The notes: generated by a model from the sequence alone, not told the origin. DNA of 64,000 nucleotides from Nitrospirota bacterium (GCA_963740085.1 CAVUCU010000001.1:672001-736000), one strand, 5' to 3'. Counted from the stretch's first letter, positions 1-10,548 are shown. A program made the numbers and translations.

Positions 1-1
1 A

Positions 2-379
2 CACGGACTTCCTACGGCGTGTTCAGAGATCTGTCCTACCGGCGCTCTCACGTTCGGCAAACGCGCCGACCTGATCAACGTTGCACGGGAGAAGATCATT
101 AAAAATCCTGACAAGTATATCGACCACATTTTCGGTGAGAACGAGGCGGGAGGATCAAGCTGGCTGTATATCTCCGGAGTCCCTTTCGAGCACTACGGGT
201 TCCCGGCGCATGTCCAAAAGGCCCCCTTGCTGGAAAATACGAAGGGGTTCCTTGCGAGCGTTCCCCTCGTTTTCGTCGTCTGGCCGGCCCTCTTCGGAAT
301 GCTTTACTCCGCAACACAACACCGCAACCGTTCAGAGAACGATGGCGATCATGAGAAAACGGAGGACAAAAAGAAATGA
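2..379 (+). CDS. C-terminal part of a 4Fe-4S dicluster electron-transfer subunit (HybA/NrfC/HmcB-like), truncated by the window start
   Basis: Frame 2, read by hand: HGLPTACSEICPTGALTFGKR...YIDHIFGENEAGGSSWLYISGVPF...C-terminal hydrophobic helix. Stop TGA 377-379 overlaps the ATG of the next gene. Not in the ORF track. Confidence 0.85.
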   Translation, partial: HGLPTACSEICPTGALTFGKRADLINVAREKIIKNPDKYIDHIFGENEAGGSSWLYISGVPFEHYGFPAHVQKAPLLENTKGFLASVPLVFVVWPALFGMLYSATQHRNRSENDGDHEKTEDKKK

Positions 380-1614
380 GCAACGCTAACCTCGAACAGA
401 TGGATCATCTCCAGACTACTTTCATGCAGAAACTTCGGATGGGCATGTCGTGGCAGGAGTACACGCGAAGCCTTATCACTCCGTTTAACATCGTCGCTGC
501 GCTCATCCTCAGTGTCGGCCTGCCGGTGATCGTGATGCGTTTTGCCAAGGGGCTCGTTTTCGCTACCCATGCATCCAACGAATATCCCTGGGGGCTCTTT
601 CTCGGATGGGGGCTCTTCGGCGGGGTCCCCCTCTCGGCCACCGGTTTTGTCATGGCGACGGCCTATTATATCTTCGGGTTCAAGGACTATCACCCGCTCG
701 TACGGCTTGGCGTGCTGACGGGTCTACTCGGTTATTTCTTCGCCGCTGTATATCTGATGATTGACCTCGGCAGACCCTGGCGCATCTATTTTCCGATGAT
801 AATGGGCTTTGGAACGGCCTCGATCCTCTTCCTCGTGGCCTGGCACGTATCAACGTACTTGACGGTACAGATCCTCGAGTTCAGTCCGGCCATTCTCGAG
901 TGGATCAAATCGAGGCGTGTCCGGCGGTGGGCGCTTATGACCACGGTCGGTTTGACGATCGCGGGCATCATCCTCTCGACACTTCACCAGTCAGCGCTCG
1001 GCGGCATGTTCCTCCTCGCTCCCGGGAAGCTTCACCCGCTCTGGTTTTCGACCTTCTTGCCGGTCTTGTTCCTGAGTTCGAGCATCTATGCGGCCCTGGC
1101 CATGGTGATCGTCGTCAGCACCCTCTCGGTAAAGTTTCTCCGCCACCGTGCGGATGATATTTTCATCAACAGCCTGGACCGTCTGACCCTCGGGCTGGGG
1201 AAAGGGGCTATTGTCGGGATCTACGTCTACTTTGCCTTGAAGTTGATCAGTGTGGCCCACGACGATAACTGGGCGCTCCTGAACACACCGTACGGACACT
1301 GGTTCTTGGTGGAGCTGCTCGGTTTCATCCTCCTTCCCGCGGTAATCTTGACGTATGGTGTCAAGACGAGACAAGCCGGCATCGTGCGGTTTGGGGCCTT
1401 TTTTGCCGTACTCGGCGTTCTGATGAACAGAATCAATGTCTCCATTATCGCCTTCAACTGGAACCTGCCGCACCACCTGCATCACATCGTGCCTCCGTGG
1501 CAGGAAGTCGTCATTGTAGCGGCAATTGTTACTATTCACATACTCGTCTTTCGGTGGATCGTGAACAGGATGCCGGTAATTCGTGAAGATACGAGCTACC
1601 ACGAACTTCATTAA
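376..1614 (+). CDS. NrfD/PsrC/HybB/HmcC-family polytopic membrane subunit
   Basis: About 10 TM helices; motifs YPWGL, DLGRPWR, LSTLHQSALG, KLHPLW; follows an FeS subunit. Confidence 0.9.
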   Translation: MSNANLEQMDHLQTTFMQKLRMGMSWQEYTRSLITPFNIVAALILSVGLPVIVMRFAKGLVFATHASNEYPWGLFLGWGLFGGVPLSATGFVMATAYYIFGFKDYHPLVRLGVLTGLLGYFFAAVYLMIDLGRPWRIYFPMIMGFGTASILFLVAWHVSTYLTVQILEFSPAILEWIKSRRVRRWALMTTVGLTIAGIILSTLHQSALGGMFLLAPGKLHPLWFSTFLPVLFLSSSIYAALAMVIVVSTLSVKFLRHRADDIFINSLDRLTLGLGKGAIVGIYVYFALKLISVAHDDNWALLNTPYGHWFLVELLGFILLPAVILTYGVKTRQAGIVRFGAFFAVLGVLMNRINVSIIAFNWNLPHHLHHIVPPWQEVVIVAAIVTIHILVFRWIVNRMPVIREDTSYHELH

Positions 1615-1621
1615 AAACTGC

Positions 1622-1666
1622 GTAAGAGGATGCATTTTCACCCGAGAATGCATCCTCTCGACTTAC
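1622..1666 (+). terminator. Stem-loop after the NrfD-family gene (terminator or mRNA-stabilising hairpin)
   Basis: AGAGGATGCATT...AATGCATCCTCT inverted repeat; no clear U-tract. Confidence 0.55.
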
Positions 1667-1838
1667 AGGGAAAGAGAAAGAGGCAACGGGAGCCGAATCT
1701 GTTCCCCGGATGGATCCCGACAGGCGCCTTGACAGATGTCCACGACCCGGCCTTCAGACGTGTCACAAAACGGGGTGTTCGATTGTCAGCTCGTTGGGAA
1801 TGAGCCGACGGCAGGATACCGATAGTGGGAGATGCATA

Positions 1839-3287
1839 ATGAGGACCCGGAATATACTCCTGTTTTTCGCGCTGTTGTTATCGCTGCAGGTCACGTCGGG
1901 GATAGACCGCTTGGAAGCAGCTGACCCGAACCTCTCCTATCAAAACAAGCCCTGCCTCGGTTGTCACGGCAAACAGAACATCACCCTTTCGTTCCGAAAC
2001 AGGGAGTCGGTATCCGGTTACATTGATGAAGAAAAAATGAAAACATCGGTCCACGCCTCGTTTGCCTGCACTAACTGCCATGCTGAATTCGCGGGAGACC
2101 GGCATCCAAAAAGGAATTTTCAATCCCGGGCGCAGTACCGGGTCCGTTCCTCTTTCGCCTGCAGGCGGTGCCACTCGGACGAACAAATCAGGACCAGGCC
2201 CGTTCACATCGATGTGTTGAGCGGGGAAAGATCGGGGAATCCGCTGGTCTGCGCCGATTGCCACGGGTCCCACTCCGTTATTCGATTGACAAAAAAAAAA
2301 TCACTCAGCGATGAGGCAAAGCTTTGTTTGCGCTGCCACCAGAAGAGTGTCCATGTGTCTTACCAGAATGGCGAACAACGTTCTCTGCGGGTCGACCCCT
2401 TGCTTCTTGAAGCATCTGTTCACAATAAGCTCAGCTGTTCCGACTGCCACTATGGTTTTTCTTCAGAAGCACATCCGAAGCGTAACTTTCGGACGCGAAG
2501 AGACATGACCATCGCTACAGCAGAGGTGTGCCGGCGATGCCATTTCGATAAATACACAAAATTCCAGGACAGCATCCACTACGCCAGATTGAGCCAGGGG
2601 AACCTCAACGCCCCCGTCTGTACCGACTGCCATGACTCGCACTCCATCGCCTCAGCCGGCAGGGAGCGCATCGTCAGCGCCAACCGCTGTAAAAAATGCC
2701 ATCTTGACATTTATACCATCTACGCAAATAGCGTCCACGGCGGCGCACTGCTGAACGAGCACAACAAGGATGTCCCGGTATGCGTAGACTGCCATAAGAC
2801 GCACGACATCCAGAGTCCGCATACCGCTGAATACCGGGAGCGGATCCCTGAAATGTGCAGCAAGTGCCATGCAAACAAAGAGATCATGGGAAAGTACGGC
2901 CTGTCCACGGACGTTATAAAGACCTATCTCTCCGATTTTCACGGCGTCACGCTGGGGTTTTATATAAAACAGAAGGACCTTCTCCCCAAACAAACGAAGA
3001 CAATCGCCGTATGCATCGACTGTCACGGCATCCACAACATCACCAGCACTGTCAGCCCTGATGCGACGATCGTTAAAGCGAATCTGGTGCAACGATGTCG
3101 AAAATGCCATGCCGATGCGACCGAAAACTTTCCCGATGCGTGGATATCCCACTATAAACCGAGTCTGCAGCGGGCGCCGCTCATTTTTATCATCGGCATC
3201 CTGTACCGGATATTCACCCCTATCATGGTCATCGGATTGGTCTTGCAGATCCTGCTGCATATCTGGCGCTATGCGGTAAACCGGTGA
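1839..3287 (+). CDS. 13-heme c-type cytochrome with signal peptide and C-terminal TM anchor (CbcL-like c domain)
   Basis: 13 CxxCH motifs counted; signal peptide MRTRNILLFFALLLSLQV from ATG 1839; hydrophobic C-terminus. Confidence 0.9.
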   Translation: MRTRNILLFFALLLSLQVTSGIDRLEAADPNLSYQNKPCLGCHGKQNITLSFRNRESVSGYIDEEKMKTSVHASFACTNCHAEFAGDRHPKRNFQSRAQYRVRSSFACRRCHSDEQIRTRPVHIDVLSGERSGNPLVCADCHGSHSVIRLTKKKSLSDEAKLCLRCHQKSVHVSYQNGEQRSLRVDPLLLEASVHNKLSCSDCHYGFSSEAHPKRNFRTRRDMTIATAEVCRRCHFDKYTKFQDSIHYARLSQGNLNAPVCTDCHDSHSIASAGRERIVSANRCKKCHLDIYTIYANSVHGGALLNEHNKDVPVCVDCHKTHDIQSPHTAEYRERIPEMCSKCHANKEIMGKYGLSTDVIKTYLSDFHGVTLGFYIKQKDLLPKQTKTIAVCIDCHGIHNITSTVSPDATIVKANLVQRCRKCHADATENFPDAWISHYKPSLQRAPLIFIIGILYRIFTPIMVIGLVLQILLHIWRYAVNR

Positions 3288-3298
3288 TACGGAGGGAG

Positions 3299-4030
3299 AT
3301 GAACATGGGCATGGTAAATAGCGAACAGAAGGACAACCGCATCAGGCGGTTCGGTCCCTACCGGATCATCGAGCACTGGCTGCACGCCGCAGTTTTCTGC
3401 ATGCTCGTCATCACGGGGCTTTCTCAAAAGTTCCATACCTACGACCTCTCGCAGTGGCTCGTCTTCCACCTTGGCGGAATCGATGCCGTCAGGCTCATGC
3501 ATCGCGCTGCCGGCATCATTCTCATCATCCTGCTCATGGAGCACCTTGTCGTGGCTTCAGTGGGCATCATCCGGCTGAGATGGCAGGCATCGATGATAAT
3601 TCAAATGAAAGACTTCCAGGATGCTGTCGACAATCTCAAGTATTACTTCGGGATAAAAAATCACCGTGCCTTGTGCGATCGATACGATTATAAACAAAAA
3701 TTCGATTACTGGGGCGTCCTGATGAGCAATTTGATCATGATCGTCTCCGGGCTCATTCTTTGGTTTCCCATAACAACGTCCAGGTATCTCTACGGTGAAT
3801 TTATCCCTGCCGCTAACGTCATTCACACGAACCAATCATTACTCCTCATCCTTATCATCGCCATCTGGCACATCTATAACTCCATATTCAGCCCGGAAAT
3901 ATTCCCCTTTGACACCAGCATCCTCACCGGGTATCTTCCCAAAGAGAGAATGGTACGCGAACACCCTCTCGAACTAGCCCGGATGGAACGTGTTGCTGGA
4001 AAAAAACAGCACGTGTCTCCCCATACCTGA
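3299..4030 (+). CDS. Di-heme cytochrome b (FdnI/HydC-like, resembling the CbcL b domain)
   Basis: EHWLH, ITGLSQKF, RLMHR, RYDYKQKFDYW, IWHIYN; 4 TM helices; GGAGG RBS before ATG 3299. Confidence 0.85.
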   Translation: MNMGMVNSEQKDNRIRRFGPYRIIEHWLHAAVFCMLVITGLSQKFHTYDLSQWLVFHLGGIDAVRLMHRAAGIILIILLMEHLVVASVGIIRLRWQASMIIQMKDFQDAVDNLKYYFGIKNHRALCDRYDYKQKFDYWGVLMSNLIMIVSGLILWFPITTSRYLYGEFIPAANVIHTNQSLLLILIIAIWHIYNSIFSPEIFPFDTSILTGYLPKERMVREHPLELARMERVAGKKQHVSPHT

Positions 4031-4163
4031 CCGATACATACCCCCCCATCCTGATCGACATCTTGTATGGCACATTGTATGTATTTGCCTATTACGAGAC
4101 AATGGAGTATACTGTGAACGTTTCTTTGTCAGCATGCCGCAGAGAGGCGAGGAATGATCTTCC

Positions 4164-5969
4164 ATGCAGAAGAAGCTGATTATCTCACTTATCCTCTATG
4201 TGATTGTTATGTCGGCAGGTCTCGGCATTCTCAGCACGATAGCCGTCGACGACGCCATAGAGCGGTCATTACAGAAGAGCCTCACCTCGGCACAGACCAT
4301 TGCAAATCAGCTGGATTTTCTCTTGCAGGCCAATATCAGCAGGTTATACGACATCTCGCTTTCGGGTAAAGTGAACCTCAAAACAAGGGACTGGGCCCCG
4401 GTGAAGCGCCTGCTCGAATCAATTTACCAATACTCTGTCTTCACGGAAGGCGTATTCCTCGTCGACAAGCTGGGCAATACCCTCCTTTCCTATCCGGCCC
4501 GTGATTACGGCAAGGAAAATCTGCTGTTCATCCCCTGGGTGAGCCGGGTCCTCACTGAGGGCAAACCGATCATCTCGAATTTGTACACCATCGAACCGAT
4601 CAAGAAGCCGCTTATATTCGTCCTTGTACCCCTGAGAAATACAGCAGGAAAAGTCGTAGGCGCAGCGGGAGGCGCCATCAATCCCACGAATTCCGTCCTG
4701 AGCAGGCTTCTTCAGGCAACAGTCACGTCCGAAACGGAAAATCATTACCTGGAGATCATCGACTCCAACGAGGTCGTCATCGCGTCCGATAAGACCTCTC
4801 ATATCCTGGAACATCACAATTATGACGGTATCCTGGGGAAAATGATTACTGATCATCAATCCGGAGTAAAAAACTTCGGCCGTGGTTTCTCCCAGGCGGA
4901 TGGAAAATGGCAGGATGTATTGGCTGTTGTGCCGCTTCAATCGGTATCATGGGCCATCGTCTTCGGTCAGACCAAGGATGAGGTCTATCAGCCGGCCCAT
5001 CAACTCAGGAATAAGTTTTTTCTGCTGGCATTGATCTTAATCGCAACAGCGATCATCTTTTCCATCGGCATCAGCAGGAACATCGTAAGCCCCATTCGAT
5101 CCCTCATCAATGCCACAGACCGGATCGGACAGGGCGATCTCTCTGTTCCGGTAGGGAATATCGGCAGCGACGAAATTGCCCTACTCGGGAATAGTTTTGA
5201 CGACATGCGGGAAAAGCTGGCCAAGTCCCTCGAAAGCATACATCATCAGAACATTGAGCTTGAAGAACGGGTAAAGAGGCGGACTCAGCAGCTGGAGGAA
5301 AAACAGCTCGCGAACACCACGCTCCTGAAGCAGTTGATCACCTCCCAGGAGGATGAGCGGAAGAGGATCGCACGAGAACTCCACGATGAATCGCTCCAGA
5401 CCCTCTCGGCTATCCTCATGAATATCGAGATGTGCCGGCTTCATCCTGATTTCATAGATCTTGATAGAGTTACCGTGATGAGAGACACCGTCACCCGTGT
5501 CATCAATGAAATGAACAAGGTAATCCAGAACCTGCGGCCGACAGTGCTCGATGACCTGGGGTTTGAAGCCGCGATCGTCTGGCTCGTGGACCAGAACCTC
5601 AAGGACAAGGGCATCTGCTGCTATCTGAATATGCAGGAATTGGCCGAAGAACGGCTCGCGCCAGAAATCCAGATCACGCTCTTCCGGATCATTCAGGAAA
5701 CAATCACGAATATCGCCAGGCATTCCGAGGCAACGCATGTGTCCTTGCACCTCGGGACAGACAGAAGGAATTTCACCATGTCCGTAGAGGACGACGGGGT
5801 CGGGTTCGATTTGAATTCGGTGAACGATAATGTACAGACCGGGCGCGGGTTGGGAATCCTCGGCATGAAGGAACGGGCCGCGCAGGTGAACGGGATATGG
5901 CAAATCTGGTCCTCACCCGGCGAGGGGACGATTGTGCAGTGCAGCATTCCGCTTACAATGGAGGGATAA
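4164..5969 (+). CDS. Sensor histidine kinase (Cache-HAMP-HisKA_3-HATPase)
   Basis: Two TMs, HAMP, QEDERKRIARELHDE H-box, EDDGVGF and GLGILGMKER boxes. Confidence 0.92.
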   Translation: MQKKLIISLILYVIVMSAGLGILSTIAVDDAIERSLQKSLTSAQTIANQLDFLLQANISRLYDISLSGKVNLKTRDWAPVKRLLESIYQYSVFTEGVFLVDKLGNTLLSYPARDYGKENLLFIPWVSRVLTEGKPIISNLYTIEPIKKPLIFVLVPLRNTAGKVVGAAGGAINPTNSVLSRLLQATVTSETENHYLEIIDSNEVVIASDKTSHILEHHNYDGILGKMITDHQSGVKNFGRGFSQADGKWQDVLAVVPLQSVSWAIVFGQTKDEVYQPAHQLRNKFFLLALILIATAIIFSIGISRNIVSPIRSLINATDRIGQGDLSVPVGNIGSDEIALLGNSFDDMREKLAKSLESIHHQNIELEERVKRRTQQLEEKQLANTTLLKQLITSQEDERKRIARELHDESLQTLSAILMNIEMCRLHPDFIDLDRVTVMRDTVTRVINEMNKVIQNLRPTVLDDLGFEAAIVWLVDQNLKDKGICCYLNMQELAEERLAPEIQITLFRIIQETITNIARHSEATHVSLHLGTDRRNFTMSVEDDGVGFDLNSVNDNVQTGRGLGILGMKERAAQVNGIWQIWSSPGEGTIVQCSIPLTMEG

Positions 5970-5970
5970 T

Positions 5971-6639
5971 ATGGGGTTCAAGCCGAAAATTCTGATCGCC
6001 GACGATCACGCCCTGGTACGCCAGGGGATCGCCGCATTTCTCAACATATCCGATGCGTACGAGATTGTGGGAGAGGCAGCGGACGGCGTGGAGGCCATTG
6101 AGGCCGTGAGAAAATACAAGCCCGACATCGTGCTCATGGACATTTCCATGCCGAAGCTCGGCGGGCTCGAGGCGACCGTGGAGATCAAAAAGATCGCCCC
6201 TGATGTGAAGATCCTCGTGCTGACCCAGTATGAGGACACGGTATATATCAGGCGCTTTTTCAAGGCAGGGGTGTCCGGCTACCTGCTCAAGAAAGCGGTC
6301 GGTGTGGAACTGATTACCGCGATCGAGGCAATCCGGGCGGGAAAGGTGTACATCCATCCATCTATCGCTGCGGGTCTCGTGGACGGCTACATGGGCATTC
6401 AGAGGGGGGAGTGTGTCGATGATACGTATGATTCACTGACGGACCGCGAGAAACAGGTCCTGAAACTGATCGCGGAGGGATATACACAAAAGGAGGCTGC
6501 CGACATCCTCAATATCAGCGCAAAAACAGTCGTCACCCACCAAACCAACATCAGCGAAAAGCTCGACATCCATACCCGTGCCGGACTTATCAAGTTTGCA
6601 ATTCAGAAGGGAATTATTAAAATTGACGGGGTCACGTAA
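5971..6639 (+). CDS. NarL/FixJ-family response regulator (REC + LuxR HTH)
   Basis: ILIADDHALVR, VLMDISMP, LTDREKQVLKLIAEG; RBS before ATG 5971. Confidence 0.93.
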   Translation: MGFKPKILIADDHALVRQGIAAFLNISDAYEIVGEAADGVEAIEAVRKYKPDIVLMDISMPKLGGLEATVEIKKIAPDVKILVLTQYEDTVYIRRFFKAGVSGYLLKKAVGVELITAIEAIRAGKVYIHPSIAAGLVDGYMGIQRGECVDDTYDSLTDREKQVLKLIAEGYTQKEAADILNISAKTVVTHQTNISEKLDIHTRAGLIKFAIQKGIIKIDGVT

Positions 6640-6645
6640 AGCGGG

Positions 6646-6930
6646 CTAAATTTTCCCGTCGACCATTTCGCGCATCTCCTTGCCTGCCTTGAAGAAAGGG
6701 ACCTTCTTCGGCGGCACCGAGACGGTCTCACCGGTCTTCGGGTTCCTGCCTTCCTTAGCGCGACGGTGTCGGATCCGGAAACTGCCGAACCCGCGTATCT
6801 CGACCTTATCTTCGCGGGACAACGCGTCCTTGATGCCGTCGAGCACCGTGTTGACGATCACTTCCACCTGTTTTCTCGTCAAACCCGGTTTCTTCTCTGC
6901 AATTTTATCTACCAGCTCCGCCTTTGTCAT
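6646..6930 (-). CDS. ihfB: Integration host factor beta / HU-family DNA-binding protein
   Basis: MTKAELV...KVEIRGFGSF...GRNPKTGE...FKAGKE; last gene of the rpsA-sppA block. Confidence 0.88.
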   Translation of the reverse strand: MTKAELVDKIAEKKPGLTRKQVEVIVNTVLDGIKDALSREDKVEIRGFGSFRIRHRRAKEGRNPKTGETVSVPPKKVPFFKAGKEMREMVDGKI

Positions 6931-6968
6931 GCAAGTCCTCCTCACCCCTTGGTTCTCACCGGTCCGGA

Positions 6969-7868
6969 TTACAGATACTGTAATGTTACGGAACTCTTGT
7001 TGATGCCGCGCGCAACAACGTCCGCGATCCAGGCAACGGACTCTTCTTTCAAATAATCCAGGAAAGGGATCGTCTTTCTTTTTTCGATCACTCTCGGTTT
7101 CCCTTTGATCCCCACCAGTTCCCCCGCAACCTTGATACTGTCCGCAAGGTCTCCCAGCTGGTCCACCAGCTTGAGATCGAGGGCTTGCCGTCCGGTGAAT
7201 ATGCGGCCATCCGCGATGGTCCGTACGTCAGCCTCCTGCATATTCCGCCCTTCGGCAACGGCCGTGATGAACTGACTGTGGACGTCGTCGATCACGCCCT
7301 GAAGAATCTTCTTTTCGGGCTCTGACATGTCGCGGAACGGGGATCCCACGTCCTTGTACTCTCCCGCCTTCACCACCACGCCCCTTACCCCGATCTTCTC
7401 GAGGAGCTTCTCGATGTTGGCGAACTCCATCTTCACACCGATGCTTCCCGTAAGCGTGCCGGGGTTGGCCACGATCCTGTCTGCCGCCGCAGCCACGTAA
7501 TATCCGCCGGACGCGGCGACCGTCCCCATGGAGGCAACGACCTTTTTTCCGGCTTTCCTTGCGTTCTTGACCGCATTATAGATTTCCTGGGACACGACCA
7601 CACCCCCGCCGGGGCTGTCGATCCGCAAAACGATCGCCTTGATGGAGGAATCCTCGGAATACGAATTCAATTCTTCAACCGCACGCTCCGAGGTAACCAG
7701 TAATCCCTCCAGCTTAACGAGTGCGATTTTGTCCGACCCTCCCACCTGCAGCGTCGCCGATGTCCGTTTGTTCCCCGACAGGAGCGAGGCCAGAAACACC
7801 GTACCGAAAAAAAGCACTCCCAGCGCTATTGCGGTCACCAAAACGATCAGGATGGGATTTTTTTTCAT
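6969..7868 (-). CDS. sppA: Signal peptide peptidase SppA (S49)
   Basis: LRIDSPGG, AASGGYYVA, TGSIGV, DGRIFTGRQA. Confidence 0.93.
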   Translation of the reverse strand: MKKNPILIVLVTAIALGVLFFGTVFLASLLSGNKRTSATLQVGGSDKIALVKLEGLLVTSERAVEELNSYSEDSSIKAIVLRIDSPGGGVVVSQEIYNAVKNARKAGKKVVASMGTVAASGGYYVAAAADRIVANPGTLTGSIGVKMEFANIEKLLEKIGVRGVVVKAGEYKDVGSPFRDMSEPEKKILQGVIDDVHSQFITAVAEGRNMQEADVRTIADGRIFTGRQALDLKLVDQLGDLADSIKVAGELVGIKGKPRVIEKRKTIPFLDYLKEESVAWIADVVARGINKSSVTLQYL

Positions 7869-7873
7869 GCGGA

Positions 7874-9592
7874 TCAGCTCCGTTCCTTCAGCAGAGCGCC
7901 AATCGTGGTATCGGGTTTCTCCTGCTGGTTCATGTAATCCTTGAGGGTCGTCCGATCATTGTCACCATTCTGCGCTTTGTCCTTGTGCAGTGCCTTGACC
8001 GAAAGGGCGATCTTTCGCTCTCCCTTGTCAACTTTGATGACTCGGGCGGTCATCTCATCGCCTTCTTTGATCGCTGGAGCGTCCTTCATCGTCTCCGAAC
8101 TCGGGATCAGTCCTTCGATCCCGTGCTCAAGTTCAACAAATGCACCGAAGTCTGCTATTTTCGTCACCTTGACGGTTTCATCCTGACCGACCTTGTATCG
8201 CTCCGGGATCGCCTTGTCCCAGGGGTCAGGCGTCAGCTGCTTGAGCCCCAGCGAGATGCGTTCCTTTTGCTCGTCGATAGAAAGCACCACCGCCTTGGTC
8301 TTCTGTCCCTTTTTCAGCACCTCGGAAGGATGCTTGATGTGCCTGGTCCAGGACAGGTCGGATATGTGGATGAGCCCGTCGATTCCCTCCTCCAGGCCGA
8401 TGAAGGCCCCGAAATCAGTGATGGTCTTGACCTTTCCCTCGACCTCGGTTCCCACGGGATAGCGGTCATTGATACTATGCCAGGGGTTGGGTTCGATCTG
8501 CTTCATGCCGAGCGAAATCCTTTTGCCGGCGGGGTCCACAGCCAATACCTGTGTTTCAACGACATCACCGACGGCGACCACCTTCGAGGGGTGCTTCACC
8601 CGTTGTGTCCAGGACATCTCGGAAACATGGATCAGGCCTTCAACGCCGTGTTCCAGTTCGATGAATGCCCCGTAGTCGGTGAGGCTGACCACCTTTCCGC
8701 TCACCCTGCTGCCAACCGAATACTTCTGAGAGGCCGCAAGCCACGGGTCCTCTGTCTTCTGCTTGATGCCGAGCGAAACCTTCTGCTTTTCCCTGTCATA
8801 CTTCAGGACGACCACTTCTATCTTGTCGCCTACCTTCAAGATCTCGGACGGATGGCTGATCCTGCCCCAGGACATATCGGTTATGTGCAGCAGGCCGTCT
8901 ATGCCGCCGAGGTCCACAAAGGCGCCGTACTCCGTCACATTCTTGATCGTGCCGTTCACCACCTGACCCTCAACGAGAGTGGACAGCATTTCCGCCTTCT
9001 TCGCATTCAGCTGCTGCTCAAGGATGGCCCTGCGGGAGAGCACGATATTGCCCCGTCCTGAATTCATTTTAAGGATCTTCAGGTCAAGGACCTGCCCGAT
9101 CATCCTGTTCAGCTGGTGCACTGGCTTGGTGTCGATCTGTGAGCCTGGAAGGAATGCCTCCACCCCCCCGATATCGACGGTCAAACCGCCCTTGATCACC
9201 GAGATGACCGTCCCCTTCACCGGGGTGCCGGTCTGATGCGCCCGGTTCAGATCGTCCCAGACCTGCAGTTTTTTCGCCTTCTCCCGTGAGAGCATCAGGT
9301 TGCCGTTCGCGTCTTCCGCAGCCTCGAGCAGCACTTCAAGCTCGTCACCGGGTTTGAGGGCCTTCAATTCCTCCGGAGTGAACTGCTCCACGGGAATGAT
9401 GCCGTCGGATTTGTATCCGAGGTCCAGCATTACGAACCCGGACCGGACCTGCAATACCCGGCCCCGCACCACGGTCCCCGACTTGAAGCTTTTCAGCGAC
9501 TGGTTGTAGAGCTGCTCGAAATCGTTCTGCTGGTTCTCTTCATCCGCAGTATCGTTCTCTTCCTGCTCGATGTCTCCCTGACTCTCGTTCAT
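7874..9592 (-). CDS. rpsA: 30S ribosomal protein S1
   Basis: Six S1 repeats (YGAFVDLGGIDGLLHITDMSW and related). Confidence 0.97.
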   Translation of the reverse strand: MNESQGDIEQEENDTADEENQQNDFEQLYNQSLKSFKSGTVVRGRVLQVRSGFVMLDLGYKSDGIIPVEQFTPEELKALKPGDELEVLLEAAEDANGNLMLSREKAKKLQVWDDLNRAHQTGTPVKGTVISVIKGGLTVDIGGVEAFLPGSQIDTKPVHQLNRMIGQVLDLKILKMNSGRGNIVLSRRAILEQQLNAKKAEMLSTLVEGQVVNGTIKNVTEYGAFVDLGGIDGLLHITDMSWGRISHPSEILKVGDKIEVVVLKYDREKQKVSLGIKQKTEDPWLAASQKYSVGSRVSGKVVSLTDYGAFIELEHGVEGLIHVSEMSWTQRVKHPSKVVAVGDVVETQVLAVDPAGKRISLGMKQIEPNPWHSINDRYPVGTEVEGKVKTITDFGAFIGLEEGIDGLIHISDLSWTRHIKHPSEVLKKGQKTKAVVLSIDEQKERISLGLKQLTPDPWDKAIPERYKVGQDETVKVTKIADFGAFVELEHGIEGLIPSSETMKDAPAIKEGDEMTARVIKVDKGERKIALSVKALHKDKAQNGDNDRTTLKDYMNQQEKPDTTIGALLKERS

Positions 9593-9638
9593 TACAATAC
9601 CTTACCTCCCGAAAATGTATGGTCGGCGTACAATTCTA

Positions 9639-10478
9639 TCAACCGACCTTCCCGCTCTTTAATCTTTCCAGCACACTTTCCAGCACCCAGTCAGGCGTGG
9701 ACGCCCCGGCAGTGACTCCTACCCTGGTTGCGCCTGTCAGCCAGTCGGGCCGGATCTCGTCAGCCACCTCGATATGGTAGGTCGGTTTTCCTTCCTGTTT
9801 GCATACGGAAACCAGCCTGCTCGTGTTGGCGCTGTTTCGTCCGCCCACCACCAGCATGACATCAACCTGCCCGGCAAGAACACGCGCGGCATCCTGGCGT
9901 TCCTTTGTCGAATGGCAAATCGTGTTAAAGACCTTTAATTCTTTGGAAAGACGCAATAACTTTAACACAATTTCCGAAAAATTGCTATACGATTGCGTTG
10001 TCTGTGCGACAACACCCAGTCTGTTCTGAAATTTCTGGTTTTCCACATCCTCCGCCGTCTCCACCACTACCGCGTTGTCACCGGCATGGCCGAGAATACT
10101 CTGTACCTCGGGATGCTTCTTCTCTCCGATGACGATCACCTGATAGCCATCCTTCTGAAGCGACTCGGCATCGCGCTGTGCCTTACCCACGAAGGGGCAG
10201 GTGAGATCAATGATCTGAAGCCCTTTGTCCTTGGCCTCAGCAAGCACCGCAGGCGGCACCCCGTGCGAGCGGATGATGAGAAAATCCCCGGGGTCGAGCG
10301 ATGAAAGATCCTCGACCGTCTTCACCCCCGCCTCATGCAACCGTTCGATCTCCTGGGGATTATGGATCAGCGGCCCGAGACAATACACCTTGCCGTTTCC
10401 TGCGGCCTTGAACGCGGTATTGATCGCCCGTTTCACGCCGAAGCAGAACCCTGCTTTGTCAGCCAGAAATATTTCCAT
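9639..10478 (-). CDS. ispH: 4-hydroxy-3-methylbut-2-enyl diphosphate reductase
   Basis: AGFCFGVKRA, IHN, IRSHG, TCPFV, QTT, NTIC, SANT, TAGASTP. Confidence 0.96.
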   Translation of the reverse strand: MEIFLADKAGFCFGVKRAINTAFKAAGNGKVYCLGPLIHNPQEIERLHEAGVKTVEDLSSLDPGDFLIIRSHGVPPAVLAEAKDKGLQIIDLTCPFVGKAQRDAESLQKDGYQVIVIGEKKHPEVQSILGHAGDNAVVVETAEDVENQKFQNRLGVVAQTTQSYSNFSEIVLKLLRLSKELKVFNTICHSTKERQDAARVLAGQVDVMLVVGGRNSANTSRLVSVCKQEGKPTYHIEVADEIRPDWLTGATRVGVTAGASTPDWVLESVLERLKSGKVG

Positions 10479-10548
10479 AATCTCCAACGCAATAACCAAT
10501 AATCAAATATTGATGTACTCGTATAAATCAAGATTTGCCAAGGCATTT

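Noticed and set aside
4068-4090. Sigma54 promoter (TGGCAC...) before the histidine kinase
   Set aside because: The -12 TTGC is not at the required spacing.
7721-9061. Long antisense ORFs (for example 7721..9061, 14889..15845, 42450..43601, 43711..44835, 58830..59768)
   Set aside because: Shadow frames opposite well-conserved genes in GC-rich DNA; no recognisable motifs.
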